A DNA stretch of 64,000 nucleotides from the NCBI GenBank assembly GCA_046313635.1, contig JBKBYA010000010.1:67092-131091 (forward strand), given 5' to 3'. The position numbers and the translations under genes are program-made. The notes beneath the pieces were generated by a model that had not been told where the DNA came from, made no database searches, and saw only the letters and a program-made list of their open reading frames with translations. Numbering within the stretch: position 1 is the first letter of the stretch; each line of letters starts with the position of its first letter. Shown piece after piece: positions 54,970-64,000 of this stretch. The stretch is from Pyrinomonadaceae bacterium. Lineage in GTDB: Bacteria; Acidobacteriota; Blastocatellia; Pyrinomonadales; Pyrinomonadaceae.

Positions 54970-56410
54970 CTACCAAGAGTTTCTTGGAGTTAGCCCCCAA
55001 TTTTGACTGAATGTCGCGCCGCGATTTGTCGTATCGTTTAAGTTATAGGCATTCGCTGATCTTTCTCTAATTCCTTTCTCACTAACGCCAATTCCGCCAC
55101 CATTTTGCTCAACAACTTTCATACTCAATGCCTCATTAACAAAGGCCTGTTTGTTCGGATGATTCAATCTATTTGCCTGTACGACATAATCTGCGTAGGA
55201 CTTATGCGCGGAATACTCGAGAGCAAATCCGTCCGGATTATACGGTTGGCCGGAACGTTGGTCGCCCCAAGAGAACTCAGAGATTGCCCGAGCCTGATGT
55301 GAGGCATGTCGAGTTTCATGAACCAAGGTTCCCTCGATACCTATCTGCGAAGCAAGTGTACCCGAATCAATGGTTATTGTAAGTTCCCCAAGGGCCTGTA
55401 CCTCGTTAAGTCTTTGAGTGTCGATCTTCTTCTGAGTAGCCGCCGAATCGGTGACCCCGGTGGTACCGGATCCACCGATGTTAGTTCCAATTTTTATTAG
55501 CAGATCTGATTTTTGAATATTTCGGACGATCCGTTTTTGAAGTGGCGTACCGTAATCTAGAATAGCCTTCAAGGCTTTTTGAATCTTTTCCTTGTCCTCG
55601 GCGCTAACAGTGTTTGGATCATAACGCTCGAATCCCGTGGGGTCAGAAAACTTCAATGGACTATTCGTAACATAAACATACAAATTCCAATTTTGAGGCT
55701 CGAGGAAAAACCTAGTCTTTTCCTTTTCCGTCATTGCCCAAGGTCCGAACGGATCAGGTGACGAAAAGCGTCCTCCAATGAACAAATACATCCTCGCCTG
55801 AGCGAAATCCAGAGCGATTTCGTTGTCTCGTTCATACCCGGTGAATTGTTTTCTTATTGTGTCGGCGGTGTAGCCGAGAGATTGCGTTCTCTGTGCCGTG
55901 TAAATCTCTTCTCCAAACGGCATACATATAATCGTGCCTTGCCGTAACTTCCCCGCCTGCGTCGGTGTTGATTCTCGGGCTTCCCAGATGATCCATTGTC
56001 AAATAACTAACCTTTGCACTCGATTGCGGCTCGACGACGGTTGAGTATTCGGCGATGAGTTTCGCTCCGGCGTCGTAAACAAAAATCGTAGTCTCTCCGT
56101 TTGGCACGACTTTCTTCACTCGTTTTCCGTCTCCGTCAAAGTAATAAGTCCCAAGCGTTGCGCCGCTTGCGTTTGTAGCTGCTGCTTGCTTGTTCTCGCC
56201 GTCATAGATGAACGTGCGGTTTTCGGGATCGGCGGTTGTGTTGCCGGCGGTGTCGTATTGCCAGCCAGTTGAAGATAGGCGGTTGTTGGCGGTCGAGATC
56301 GTCGGGTTGCAGATCGCTTCGGGGCAATTTGGGTCGGGGAATGTGGTATTGCCACCGGTGTAGTCAAATCGCCGGTTTCCGTAACGATCGAGTGTATACC
56401 TTTGTTTATG
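54970..56410 (-). pseudogene. Orphan Rhs cassette A: core fragment plus HExxH toxin tip, with a 4-bp frameshift in the core
   Basis: DRYGNR, YDTAGN, DHLGSPR, HDY|MPFGEEI, KQFTGYERD, FAQAR, NLYVYVTNSPLKFSDPTG (55633-55644) and HETRH (55306-55320). CATA duplication at 55921-55928. Confidence 0.85.
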
Positions 56411-56531
56411 TGCCGGAGAAACTTCCATTCTTACCAAAAAATATCGGCGACGATGCGGGAGATAGAAGTCCGCTTGACATCAAGGGGTAACTTCATTGAT
56501 GACCCAGTTCCGAACCGCTCCGTATGGATAT

Positions 56532-57104
56532 TCACTCTTTACTTTCGCTGACCGCTTGGCAAACAAGAGTTGAATAGTTATCCATTTTGAAATACTTACC
56601 GTATTTTCTGTAATTTTTCACGCGCTCGAGAATTTCGTCTTTGTTTCTGTCATTTGCCAGTTTTTGATTTACATAGGCTATTACATCTTCGAGCCTGTCG
56701 CCTCTGTCTTTGCAATTAATGGATTTGAAGATTTTTAGTTTTCCATTTTCCAAGATGGCAATATGGCTAAGAGAAAAAGCGTAATCAAATGGGGCAAAAT
56801 GATAGATGTGGTCTTTCTCGAACTCAATGCAACCTGTTGACGTGATGTCCTTGTTCGAAGGGTCTGTTAGATCGTAAATAAAAAAACCTGCTGGACTTTT
56901 CCCATCCTCAGTAACGTCATATCCAGTTCTATAGACATCCTTCCGCTCGGGAATGGACTTGTTAAGTGTTTTAGCGAGTTGTTTGATTGTCTTTTTTCTG
57001 TCGTATAGCTTATCAGAATTGGCTGAGCACTTGTTTCTCACCTGCCCGTTTGAGGTGAAAGTAAAAGCCAATATAAATATGCTTACCCAAAGAAATCTAC
57101 TCAT
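56532..57104 (-). CDS. Exported hypothetical protein, candidate immunity protein B
   Basis: Signal peptide MSRFLWVSIFILAFTFTSNG; AT-rich; starts 9 nt after the tip B stop, with a GAGG RBS. Confidence 0.7.
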   Translation of the reverse strand: MSRFLWVSIFILAFTFTSNGQVRNKCSANSDKLYDRKKTIKQLAKTLNKSIPERKDVYRTGYDVTEDGKSPAGFFIYDLTDPSNKDITSTGCIEFEKDHIYHFAPFDYAFSLSHIAILENGKLKIFKSINCKDRGDRLEDVIAYVNQKLANDRNKDEILERVKNYRKYGKYFKMDNYSTLVCQAVSESKE

Positions 57105-57113
57105 AATCTCACC

Positions 57114-57550
57114 TCAGTTTCTCCCTCTTGCTTTTTTGATTTCTTTGAGGATTTTGAATGTTACATCGTACGCAGGTTTTTCAACCTTTTTTCGCACGTT
57201 ATACTTGTCACCGCCGTCTTGTCTTTTCTTGATCGTGGCGATGGCTTTTACATTCAGATCGTGATCGGCTTCGTGCCCAAAAGTCGCGACTGTGAAGTCT
57301 TCTTTTGTCATTTTGGGGTCTTTTATGCTGGGGTCTTGTTGCAAACCGCTAAGAGAACCTTCGATGTTCTCTTCGTAGATGCTTATTGTTGCTTCCTTAT
57401 AGACGAAGTTTCCATCCTTGTCTTTGATGTAGGCGGGATCACCCTTGAATTTGCCATTTTCGGAATCCCACTCCAAAACATTTCCATCCTTATCGTGAGG
57501 ACGATGTAATCCATAATTACCTTCGCCTTTTGCAAACTCGAAATGCAACA
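57114..57550 (-). pseudogene. Probable Rhs toxin tip B (HEADH motif), 5'-truncated by IS21
   Basis: Open frame from the IS21 boundary to the stop; TFGHEADH at 57261-57275 with downstream VEKPAY. Cassette position matches the other tips. Confidence 0.65.
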
Positions 57551-57653
57551 TGTTAACAAGCGTGAAAAAATGACCCCCTGACAAGCGTTTATTTTTGACC
57601 CTGCTTGAGACTGGCATTTTTGATAGCGTTCTAGACCGGGAGGTTATCAGAAG

Positions 57654-58865
57654 ATGCTCGGGATGGAGGAATGGATGGAGGTCAAAGATCTGAAGAGACA
57701 GGGGCATTCGATCAGGGAGATCTGTCGACGAACGAGCTATTCGCGGAACACGGTGCGGAAGATCCTGCGTGAAGCCGGGCCGATCAGACGTGGGAGAAAG
57801 AAACGATCCTCAAAGCTCGACGAGTACAAAGCATATCTCAAGGACCGGTATGAAAAGACCGGATTGAGTGCGGTGCGGTTGACCGAAGAGATCCGGGGGA
57901 TGGGATTCACCGGATCGGTCGACATCGTGCGGCGATATTTGAATGAGCTGGATTCGCTCGCGATACCTGAGAAGGCGACGGTTAGGTTCGAGACGCCGCC
58001 GGGCGAGCAGGCACAGGTCGATTGGGCTGAGGTCGGAACATTCATGGACGATGAGGGGCGACTGAGAAAGGTCCATGCCTTCGTGATGGTGTTGTGCTTT
58101 TCGAGAATGCTGTACGTCGAGTTCACACTCGGCATGCGGATCGAGGAGCTGATCCGGTGTCACCAGAATGCTTTTGAATACTTCGGCGGATGGACGCACA
58201 CGATCCTTTACGACAACATGGCGCAGGTCCGTCTGCCGTCGGGAAAGTTGAACCCGCTGATGGCGGACTTTCTCGCCCATCACGGTATTGCACTCAAGAC
58301 GTGCCAGCCATATCGAGCGAGAACCAAAGGCAAGGTAGAAAGAGTGATCAGATATTTGAGAGGCAACTTTCTAAAGGGACGTGAGTTTGCCGACCTCGCG
58401 GATCTTCAGTTGCAGGGCACCCGCTGGCAGGAAGAGGTGGCGAACAAGCGGATCCACGATACGACGCGGGCAAGACCGATCGATCTGTTCCGCAAAGAGA
58501 AGCTTGTACCGCTCGGTTCGGCACCGAGGTACTTCGTAAGCCAGCGCCTGGAGTGTACCGTAAGTGCTGAAGGGTTCGTCCATGTCAGCGGCAGCCGTTA
58601 TTCGGTGCCGCCGATGGCGGTCGGAAAGAAGGTTATCGTAGAGCAGGGCGAGCAGAGGATAGTCGTCCGCCACGGCCGTGTCATCATCGCCGAGCATGAT
58701 CGTGCGAGGAGGACAGGCGAGTGCGTCGCCGACCCCAAACATGTCGCGGTTATGTGGAAGCTTTCATTGAGACGACAGGAAGTTCCTCCGAGGCCAGCCG
58801 AGCGGCTTCTTTTTCAAGCTGTCGAGGCAAGACCGCTGGCGATCTATGAGGAGGTGCTCTCATGA
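57654..58865 (+). CDS. istA: IS21 transposase
   Basis: HTH, RFETPPGEQAQVDW, YDNM and KGKVER. Confidence 0.95.
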   Translation: MLGMEEWMEVKDLKRQGHSIREICRRTSYSRNTVRKILREAGPIRRGRKKRSSKLDEYKAYLKDRYEKTGLSAVRLTEEIRGMGFTGSVDIVRRYLNELDSLAIPEKATVRFETPPGEQAQVDWAEVGTFMDDEGRLRKVHAFVMVLCFSRMLYVEFTLGMRIEELIRCHQNAFEYFGGWTHTILYDNMAQVRLPSGKLNPLMADFLAHHGIALKTCQPYRARTKGKVERVIRYLRGNFLKGREFADLADLQLQGTRWQEEVANKRIHDTTRARPIDLFRKEKLVPLGSAPRYFVSQRLECTVSAEGFVHVSGSRYSVPPMAVGKKVIVEQGEQRIVVRHGRVIIAEHDRARRTGECVADPKHVAVMWKLSLRRQEVPPRPAERLLFQAVEARPLAIYEEVLS

Positions 58866-59662
58866 AGGTCTTCGAAGAGAGAGCACTTGCAGGTCTTGAG
58901 GAGCTGAAGCTGGCGACAGCGGCCCTCGATCTTGACACAACGGCGCAGCAGGCAGCGGCGGAGGACTGGAGTTATACGGAGTTTCTGGGACATCTGCTCG
59001 ACGGCGAGCTCAAGCACCGTCAGCAGGTGCGAGTGGAGATGAGTTTGCAGTTTGCTCGCTTCCCGTATTTGAAAAGACTCGAGGAGTTTGATTTCAAGGC
59101 ACAGCCGGCGGTTGATAAACGGCTGGTCGAGGAGCTCGCGACAGGCAGGTTCCTTGCCGAGGGCCGGAACATCATATTCTTGGGACCGCCCGGTGTGGGC
59201 AAGACTCATCTTGCGATCGCACTAGGTGTGGTCACGGCCGAGCTCGGACACCGGGTGTACTTCACAACGGCGATCGATCTGGCGAGAAAGCTAACTCGTG
59301 CAATGAATGAGAACCGGCTGTCGCGAGAGATGAAGAACCTGACGCGGCCGAAGCTGCTGATAATAGATGAGGTCGGCTATCTGAAGCTCGAGCAGCCCGA
59401 GGCGAGTCTTGTCTTCCAGACGATCAGCCAGAGATATGAACAGCAAGGGGCAATGGTGCTGACAAGCAACAAGGCATTCTCAGCCTGGGGAGAAGTCTTC
59501 GCCGGCGACGCGGTAATGGCAAGTGCCGCACTCGACCGCCTCCTGCATCGCTGCACTGTCGTCAACATGCGCGGCGAGAGTTATCGACTGAAAGAAAAAC
59601 GTGCAGCAGCGAAAGACACGGGCGTCGTTAAGGAATTGGCAGCGATCGCTGCCAATTCCTGA
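58862..59662 (+). CDS. istB: IS21 helper AAA+ ATPase
   Basis: GPPGVGKTHLA, LIIDEVGY, LDRLLH and GESYR; ATGA overlap with istA. Confidence 0.95.
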   Translation: MKVFEERALAGLEELKLATAALDLDTTAQQAAAEDWSYTEFLGHLLDGELKHRQQVRVEMSLQFARFPYLKRLEEFDFKAQPAVDKRLVEELATGRFLAEGRNIIFLGPPGVGKTHLAIALGVVTAELGHRVYFTTAIDLARKLTRAMNENRLSREMKNLTRPKLLIIDEVGYLKLEQPEASLVFQTISQRYEQQGAMVLTSNKAFSAWGEVFAGDAVMASAALDRLLHRCTVVNMRGESYRLKEKRAAAKDTGVVKELAAIAANS

Positions 59663-59744
59663 ACGATCAAAGCTCTTTTTTTATGGCTAAACGGGGTCAA
59701 AAATAAACGCCCGTAAAAGGGTCAAAAATATACGCCTGTTGACA

Positions 59745-59980
59745 CCATCGCCAGTTCACCATTGCCGTCCAACTCATTCCTGACTACCCGCCCGCTCGGA
59801 TAAGTCTGTCCGATCAACGCACCAGCGAGGTTGTACGCGTAGCCGGTCGTGTAGCTCTGCTCATCCGTCGTCTGCTTATGCCCTGTCACACGTCCTAAGA
59901 TGTCGAACGATGTGTATTCGGTTGTCGAAACGCTCGACGCAACCTTCGCAAGCTTCCCCTTGGCAATCGGCAGATTGTTG
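59745..59980 (-). pseudogene. Rhs/YD core fragment truncated by IS21
   Basis: Hand translation NNLPIAKGKLAKVASSVSTTEYTSFDILGRVTGHKQTTDEQSYTTGYAYNLAGALIGQTYPSGRVVRNELDGNG. Confidence 0.8.
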
Positions 59981-60113
59981 CCGCGCTGCTAGTCAAACAC
60001 ACGGTCAAACTCGCCGTCAGATAAGCGCAAAAAAAGACAGCCTCTCGAAAAAAGCTGTCAAGCGCAATTTGCAAGTTTCGATCTGATTTCAGGTTAGAAG
60101 CATTGCGACTAAC

Positions 60114-60797
60114 CTAAAGAGCCGAGAGTCGCTTGTAAGCATCGGGCAGCCATTTCGAAACCAGGGTTTCCGGCGTGATTTGTGAGTTGAGCCGTCGAAC
60201 TTCTTCAAACTCCTTACTGAACAGTTCAGAAAACTCGCCCTTGAAACCCATGATGTTCAACGGTGTACCCGTGGCAGGCTCAATAGACGGGCAAGCATAG
60301 TCGTTCGCCACATACCGCCCCCAAGTTCCGCTGTTTCCAAAGATAAAGTAGTCTTTAGCGGCGCCCTGAAACAACTCGATTGAAACGTATCCGCCTGACA
60401 TTAAATCGTCCCAGGAAACATCTGTCGGATATCGAAACCTTAGCAGAGGATGCTCCCGCCAATCGTCATTGCCGAAATAGAAATTAATGACAACATTCTT
60501 GTTTTGGACGATTGCGAAGTAGCTGTCTCCTGTATATTTCATACAGTTCTGAAGAGCCGCGAAATCTTTTTCGGAAGTAAATATATTCCCGCCAACGAGG
60601 GGAAGGAGTTGAAATTCATTCTTGAACATCAGATCAGGCAAATGCTTCGCTGTACCCTCAAATATCGATTCTTGAATCGGGAACCACGTTTCGAGATATT
60701 CGTCCTCGCCTAACCAGTATTTTTCAAAATACTCTTTGGTTTGGATACGCGTTTCATCGACGGAAAAGATGTTTAGTTGCTCTTCGTACTCGCTCAT
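60114..60797 (-). CDS. Cytoplasmic hypothetical protein, candidate orphan immunity protein D
   Basis: Acidic and aromatic 227-aa protein, no signal peptide, AT-rich. Its ATG overlaps the TAA of a short upstream remnant (TAATG). Confidence 0.65.
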   Translation of the reverse strand: MSEYEEQLNIFSVDETRIQTKEYFEKYWLGEDEYLETWFPIQESIFEGTAKHLPDLMFKNEFQLLPLVGGNIFTSEKDFAALQNCMKYTGDSYFAIVQNKNVVINFYFGNDDWREHPLLRFRYPTDVSWDDLMSGGYVSIELFQGAAKDYFIFGNSGTWGRYVANDYACPSIEPATGTPLNIMGFKGEFSELFSKEFEEVRRLNSQITPETLVSKWLPDAYKRLSAL

Positions 60798-60821
60798 TAG
60801 GGTGTAATCCTTATTTTTGTG

Positions 60822-62228
60822 GAGTTCGTGTCAAAAGTTGTGGAAAGGGATTTTCGCATCCTTGTCATTTCGCGAATTTCGAAGCCGGTTTTTAGGTTGA
60901 TCGATGCGGTAGTTTGACCTCCTTTAGTTCGTCGGGGTGGCTCAGCCTCTGCCAGCTTTTTTCCGATCGCTGGAGCAGCTTGAACAGCAGATGCAGGGCC
61001 GAACGCGAAGAGCGGATGCGACGTGTTGCGTTCGTTCTCAGCTTGATCGCGGCGAAAGGCGATTCGATCGGGTTTGTTGTCCGCAAATGGCGGGCATGCT
61101 GATCTGGAAATGCGTGGAACGCGAGCAGACGCTCGAGTGCGGTCTCCAGGCATCCAGCAGCTTTGTCGTAGCCGGCCGCTCGCCAATCGCTTATCAACCT
61201 CTTTGCCAGGTGCTCCGCAGTTTGCTTGTTCGTGGCGAGATAGACGGGCCGGATCCTCATCGCCGCTTCCGCGTGTTCTCGCTTCGGCAGCTTGTCGAGG
61301 ATGTTCCTCGTCTTGTGCAGCCAGCAGAGCTGCTCTTTTGTCTGCCGCCACACCTCGGGCAGTGCCGCCCAGAATTCAAGCCCGCCGTCGGCCACCGCTA
61401 TCGCCGGCTCGTTCATGCCCCTTTGTTTCAGATCGCGAAGTAGATTGAGCCACGACTCTTTTGATTCGCGATAGCCTTCTTCGAGTGTCAGCAGGTGCTT
61501 CCTGCCCGTCCGGTCCGCACCGATGACCACCAGCACACAGCACTTCTCATCCGATATCCCGGCCTTTAAGTAAACGCCGTCGCACCAGACGTAAACGATC
61601 TCCAGATCATCCAGCCGCCGCTGTTTCCATCTGACGTACTCGTCCCGGAACGAGCGGTTCAACCTCGAGATCGACGACGGAGACAGCGGTGCATCCTCGC
61701 CGATCAACGCTCTTAAGGAAGGCTCGAAATCTCTGGTCGCCAGCCCCTCGATGAAAAGCTTTGGGAACAGATCATCCAGCCCCTCGCTGCGTCGCTTGTA
61801 CGGCCGGATCAGCTTCGACTTATACCGCCCGACCTCCGCCGGTACGTCACTCACTCGCGGCAGCCTGACAGTCAGAGCCCCAACCGCCGTCGTCACCTGC
61901 CGCTCTTTGTGATAGCCGTTCCGATAGCCCCGGAAACCCTCGCCCCGACCGCTCTTCTCACCACGCAATCGCCCGAGAAACTCATCCACCTCCGCTTCAC
62001 ATGCCCCATTCAGCATCCGCTGCGCCGCCGACCTCACAACTGCCTCAAGCGAAAATTCTTTGCCGCTTTGCACGGCCTCCTCATTGTCAAACAACTCTTC
62101 TTCTCTGTATCCTTCCATCTGTAGCGTATCCTCCTTAGGCCTCAAGAGCCTGTTAAGTTTTCTTAGATCGAAAACAAGGATACGCTGCTTTCGTTTTTAC
62201 CCACTTCCACAACTTTCGATACTATCTC
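60822..62228 (-). mobile_element. IS256-family insertion sequence
   Basis: Terminal IRs GAGTTCGTGTCAAAAGTTGTGGAA and GAGATAGTATCGAAAGTTGTGGAA (20/24 identical); no target-site duplication. Confidence 0.92.
60892..62145 (-). CDS. IS256 (Mutator-type) DDE transposase
   Basis: YRNGY, VWCDGVY, AVADGG, QLCWLHK and TTNPIES. Confidence 0.95.
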   Translation of the reverse strand: MRPKEDTLQMEGYREEELFDNEEAVQSGKEFSLEAVVRSAAQRMLNGACEAEVDEFLGRLRGEKSGRGEGFRGYRNGYHKERQVTTAVGALTVRLPRVSDVPAEVGRYKSKLIRPYKRRSEGLDDLFPKLFIEGLATRDFEPSLRALIGEDAPLSPSSISRLNRSFRDEYVRWKQRRLDDLEIVYVWCDGVYLKAGISDEKCCVLVVIGADRTGRKHLLTLEEGYRESKESWLNLLRDLKQRGMNEPAIAVADGGLEFWAALPEVWRQTKEQLCWLHKTRNILDKLPKREHAEAAMRIRPVYLATNKQTAEHLAKRLISDWRAAGYDKAAGCLETALERLLAFHAFPDQHARHLRTTNPIESPFAAIKLRTNATRRIRSSRSALHLLFKLLQRSEKSWQRLSHPDELKEVKLPHRST

Positions 62229-62247
62229 AAGAGTAAGTCGGATAAAG

Positions 62248-62703
62248 TTATTGACTCAGGTTTAGCATCACCAGTGTTTCCGCTTTAGAAGCACCTCGAT
62301 AATTGGGCGTAAAAGTTATGATCGTGTGACCGGCGTCAAATCCTGATCCGTCACAATAGCTTGCCCGCAATTCATACTTGCCCGGACGCAAACCCTTAAA
62401 CTTGAACTTCCCATCCGCTCCAACTCGACAGGCCGCAACTCTTCTGCGTTTATCGATATCAAGATCTGGATTGTCGTAGATTTCAATTAAAGCGCCGGGA
62501 ACCGGCTGTTCGTTAGGGTCCACGACCCTTCCACGAATTTCTTTAACCGTTCCGCCGTCAACAGCCGTGTGCCCCTTGATCCAGCCCCAACATGTGGTCA
62601 CATTCTGCCTGGTTGAAGCACAACCTTTCGAGTGCTGTGAATAGGCTGCGATGCAACAACAAAGAAACAACATAGCGACGACTATTACCGTTCGCTCTTT
62701 CAT
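62248..62703 (-). CDS. Exported carboxypeptidase-regulatory-like beta-sandwich protein, candidate immunity protein C
   Basis: Signal peptide; IRGRVVDPNEQPVPGALIEI...ADGKFKFKGLRPGKYELRAS; directly follows tip C. Confidence 0.65.
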   Translation of the reverse strand: MKERTVIVVAMLFLCCCIAAYSQHSKGCASTRQNVTTCWGWIKGHTAVDGGTVKEIRGRVVDPNEQPVPGALIEIYDNPDLDIDKRRRVAACRVGADGKFKFKGLRPGKYELRASYCDGSGFDAGHTIITFTPNYRGASKAETLVMLNLSQ

Positions 62704-62767
62704 ACGGCCGATCCTCGCGGCAATTCAGAAATAAGTAACAGCAGACTATTATTCATATTTTTGCTTA

Positions 62768-63929
62768 CTACCTCTGCGCTAGTGCACCTCCTGCATAGCC
62801 CCCATTTATGGTGGTCAAATCCCGTCTAATCTGCACCTCCCTACTTATTGCGTATCCATGCGCACGGTCATATTCGTCCACTCCATTTGCGCCGTTATAC
62901 AAGGCAATATAGGCTTGTCTCGTTGCCTTCTTTTTGTACAATGAAGGATCCGGATACGGAACCCCACCACCAACTCCATTGATTGAAAAATCAAGATTTT
63001 CCGCTAGTTCGTGAATTAAGAGGCTTACCGGTCTCACGCGCTGGCCGACCCCCCCTTTGAAGAACGTCGGCTTCAACTCCGCTATCGCCCACACCAGTTT
63101 GGACATAATTTAATGTAGCGGGGTTAATTGCCAAAACCGTGAAAACGTCGTTAGACGGCTGTTCAGAGTTAGGTCGTCCTTGAGTTCCAACAAAAAAACC
63201 GTTCTTTTGAAATCTGGTTCGTATCCTCTTCCCCTTTTCGTTCAAACTTCCGTCGGGGTTTGTAGTGCCAGCGAACGATTTGGCAACCGCATCAGCATCT
63301 GCTCCAAGGTAAATCAAGAATGTTTGGTCACGACCTATTAACTGGTTAAGAAACTGAATTCCTTGATTGGCCTTTGATATGTCAACCCCATCTTTCACCG
63401 TAACCATTCCATCTTCGCCAACTTGGAAATACCTATCGAAATTATCTTGTCCGCCGACTAGCTCATAAAGTTCGCTAAGCGAGCTGCCTTGAACGACTCG
63501 GACCTTTTCACCAAGCGGATCGACCCACTTAAGCGGAGCATTTCTCGTGTAGATATAGAGATTAAATCGTTGTGGATCAACAATCATTTCCCGCTGAAAG
63601 TATAATGGGTCCGTCGTTGTGAACCGCCCCAGAGTTTTTGCGTACATTCGCGCCTGAGCGAAGTCAAGCTCAGTTTCATTATCGCGTTCGTAGCCGGTGA
63701 ACTGCTTTCGGATTGTGTCCTCGGCGTAGCCCAACCCGGCAGTTCGCTGCGATACCGAGATTTCCTCGCCGAAGGGATGATAGTCATGCCTCGCTGTTAC
63801 GGCTCCGTTTGCATCCGTGTTGATTCTCGGAGACCCCAGATGATCGTTCGTGAGGTAGGCGACCTTGGCGTCGTTTGTTGACGCAACGATGGTCGAGTAT
63901 TCCGCGACGAGACTCCCCGCAGCGTCGTA
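62768..63929 (-). pseudogene. Orphan Rhs cassette C: core fragment plus toxin tip (HELAE), frameshifted at a G7 tract
   Basis: YDAAGSLVAEY, DHLGSPR, HDYHPFGEEI, KQFTGYERD and NAPLKWVDPLG (63510-63521). Frame switches at C7 63049-63055. No in-frame start upstream (an in-frame TAA lies before 64000). Confidence 0.82.
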
Positions 63930-64000
63930 AGTGGTATGAAAAGGTGTGGGTGCGTGGAGAGAGTGGGCGGTGCTGCGTTGCAGCGGTTTTACGTCAGGAT

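Larger units (their letters stand above)
57551..59744 (+). mobile_element. IS21-family insertion sequence
   Basis: Ends TGTTAACAAGCGT... and ...ACGCCTGTTGACA, with repeated GCGTTTATTTTTGACCCC subterminal sites; contains istA and istB; no target-site duplication visible. Confidence 0.93.

Noticed and set aside
57551..57707. N-terminal part of ORF 57114..57707
   Set aside because: This part is the IS21 left end read on the opposite strand, not part of the toxin.
60797..61351. 184-aa minus-strand ORF
   Set aside because: It is an alternative frame inside IS256; only its last few codons belong to the flanking remnant.

Overview
GC-rich diderm (LPS-containing) bacterial chromosome segment. Gene content and protein style suggest Acidobacteriota, probably Blastocatellia (inference, not verified). 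1-15.4 kb: a minus-strand housekeeping run, ftsY-ribD-rsmA-rnj-[PLP decarboxylase, ACT, SDR]-uppP-recJ-[888-aa LptC/LptA-like fusion]-lptB-rpoN-hpf. 15.6-36.4 kb: a signalling region with an HD-GYP phosphodiesterase, two tandem Ser/Thr kinase-TolB-like-TPR genes (the second broken by a single in-frame TAA), an ECF43/TIGR02999-type sigma factor, and an FHA / kinase-FHA / RDD / FHA-GAF-PP2C operon. 36.6-53.1 kb: a MacAB/YknWXYZ-like exporter, a REP-like doublet, orphan oppD/oppF-like ATPases, four exported peptidases and an unannotated 55-aa membrane protein. At about 53.27-53.41 kb (minus strand) is a convincing c-di-AMP (ydaO-class) riboswitch aptamer with a candidate promoter, a 3' hairpin and a terminator, but no credible downstream gene. 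53.6-64 kb: an AT-richer array of orphan Rhs toxin-tip/immunity cassettes eroded by IS3, IS21 and IS256 elements. All three readable toxin tips carry HExxH/HExxE motifs and sit next to unrelated exported immunity candidates. The best novelty candidates are the gene-less c-di-AMP riboswitch RNA and the periplasm-acting metallopeptidase Rhs toxin/immunity set.
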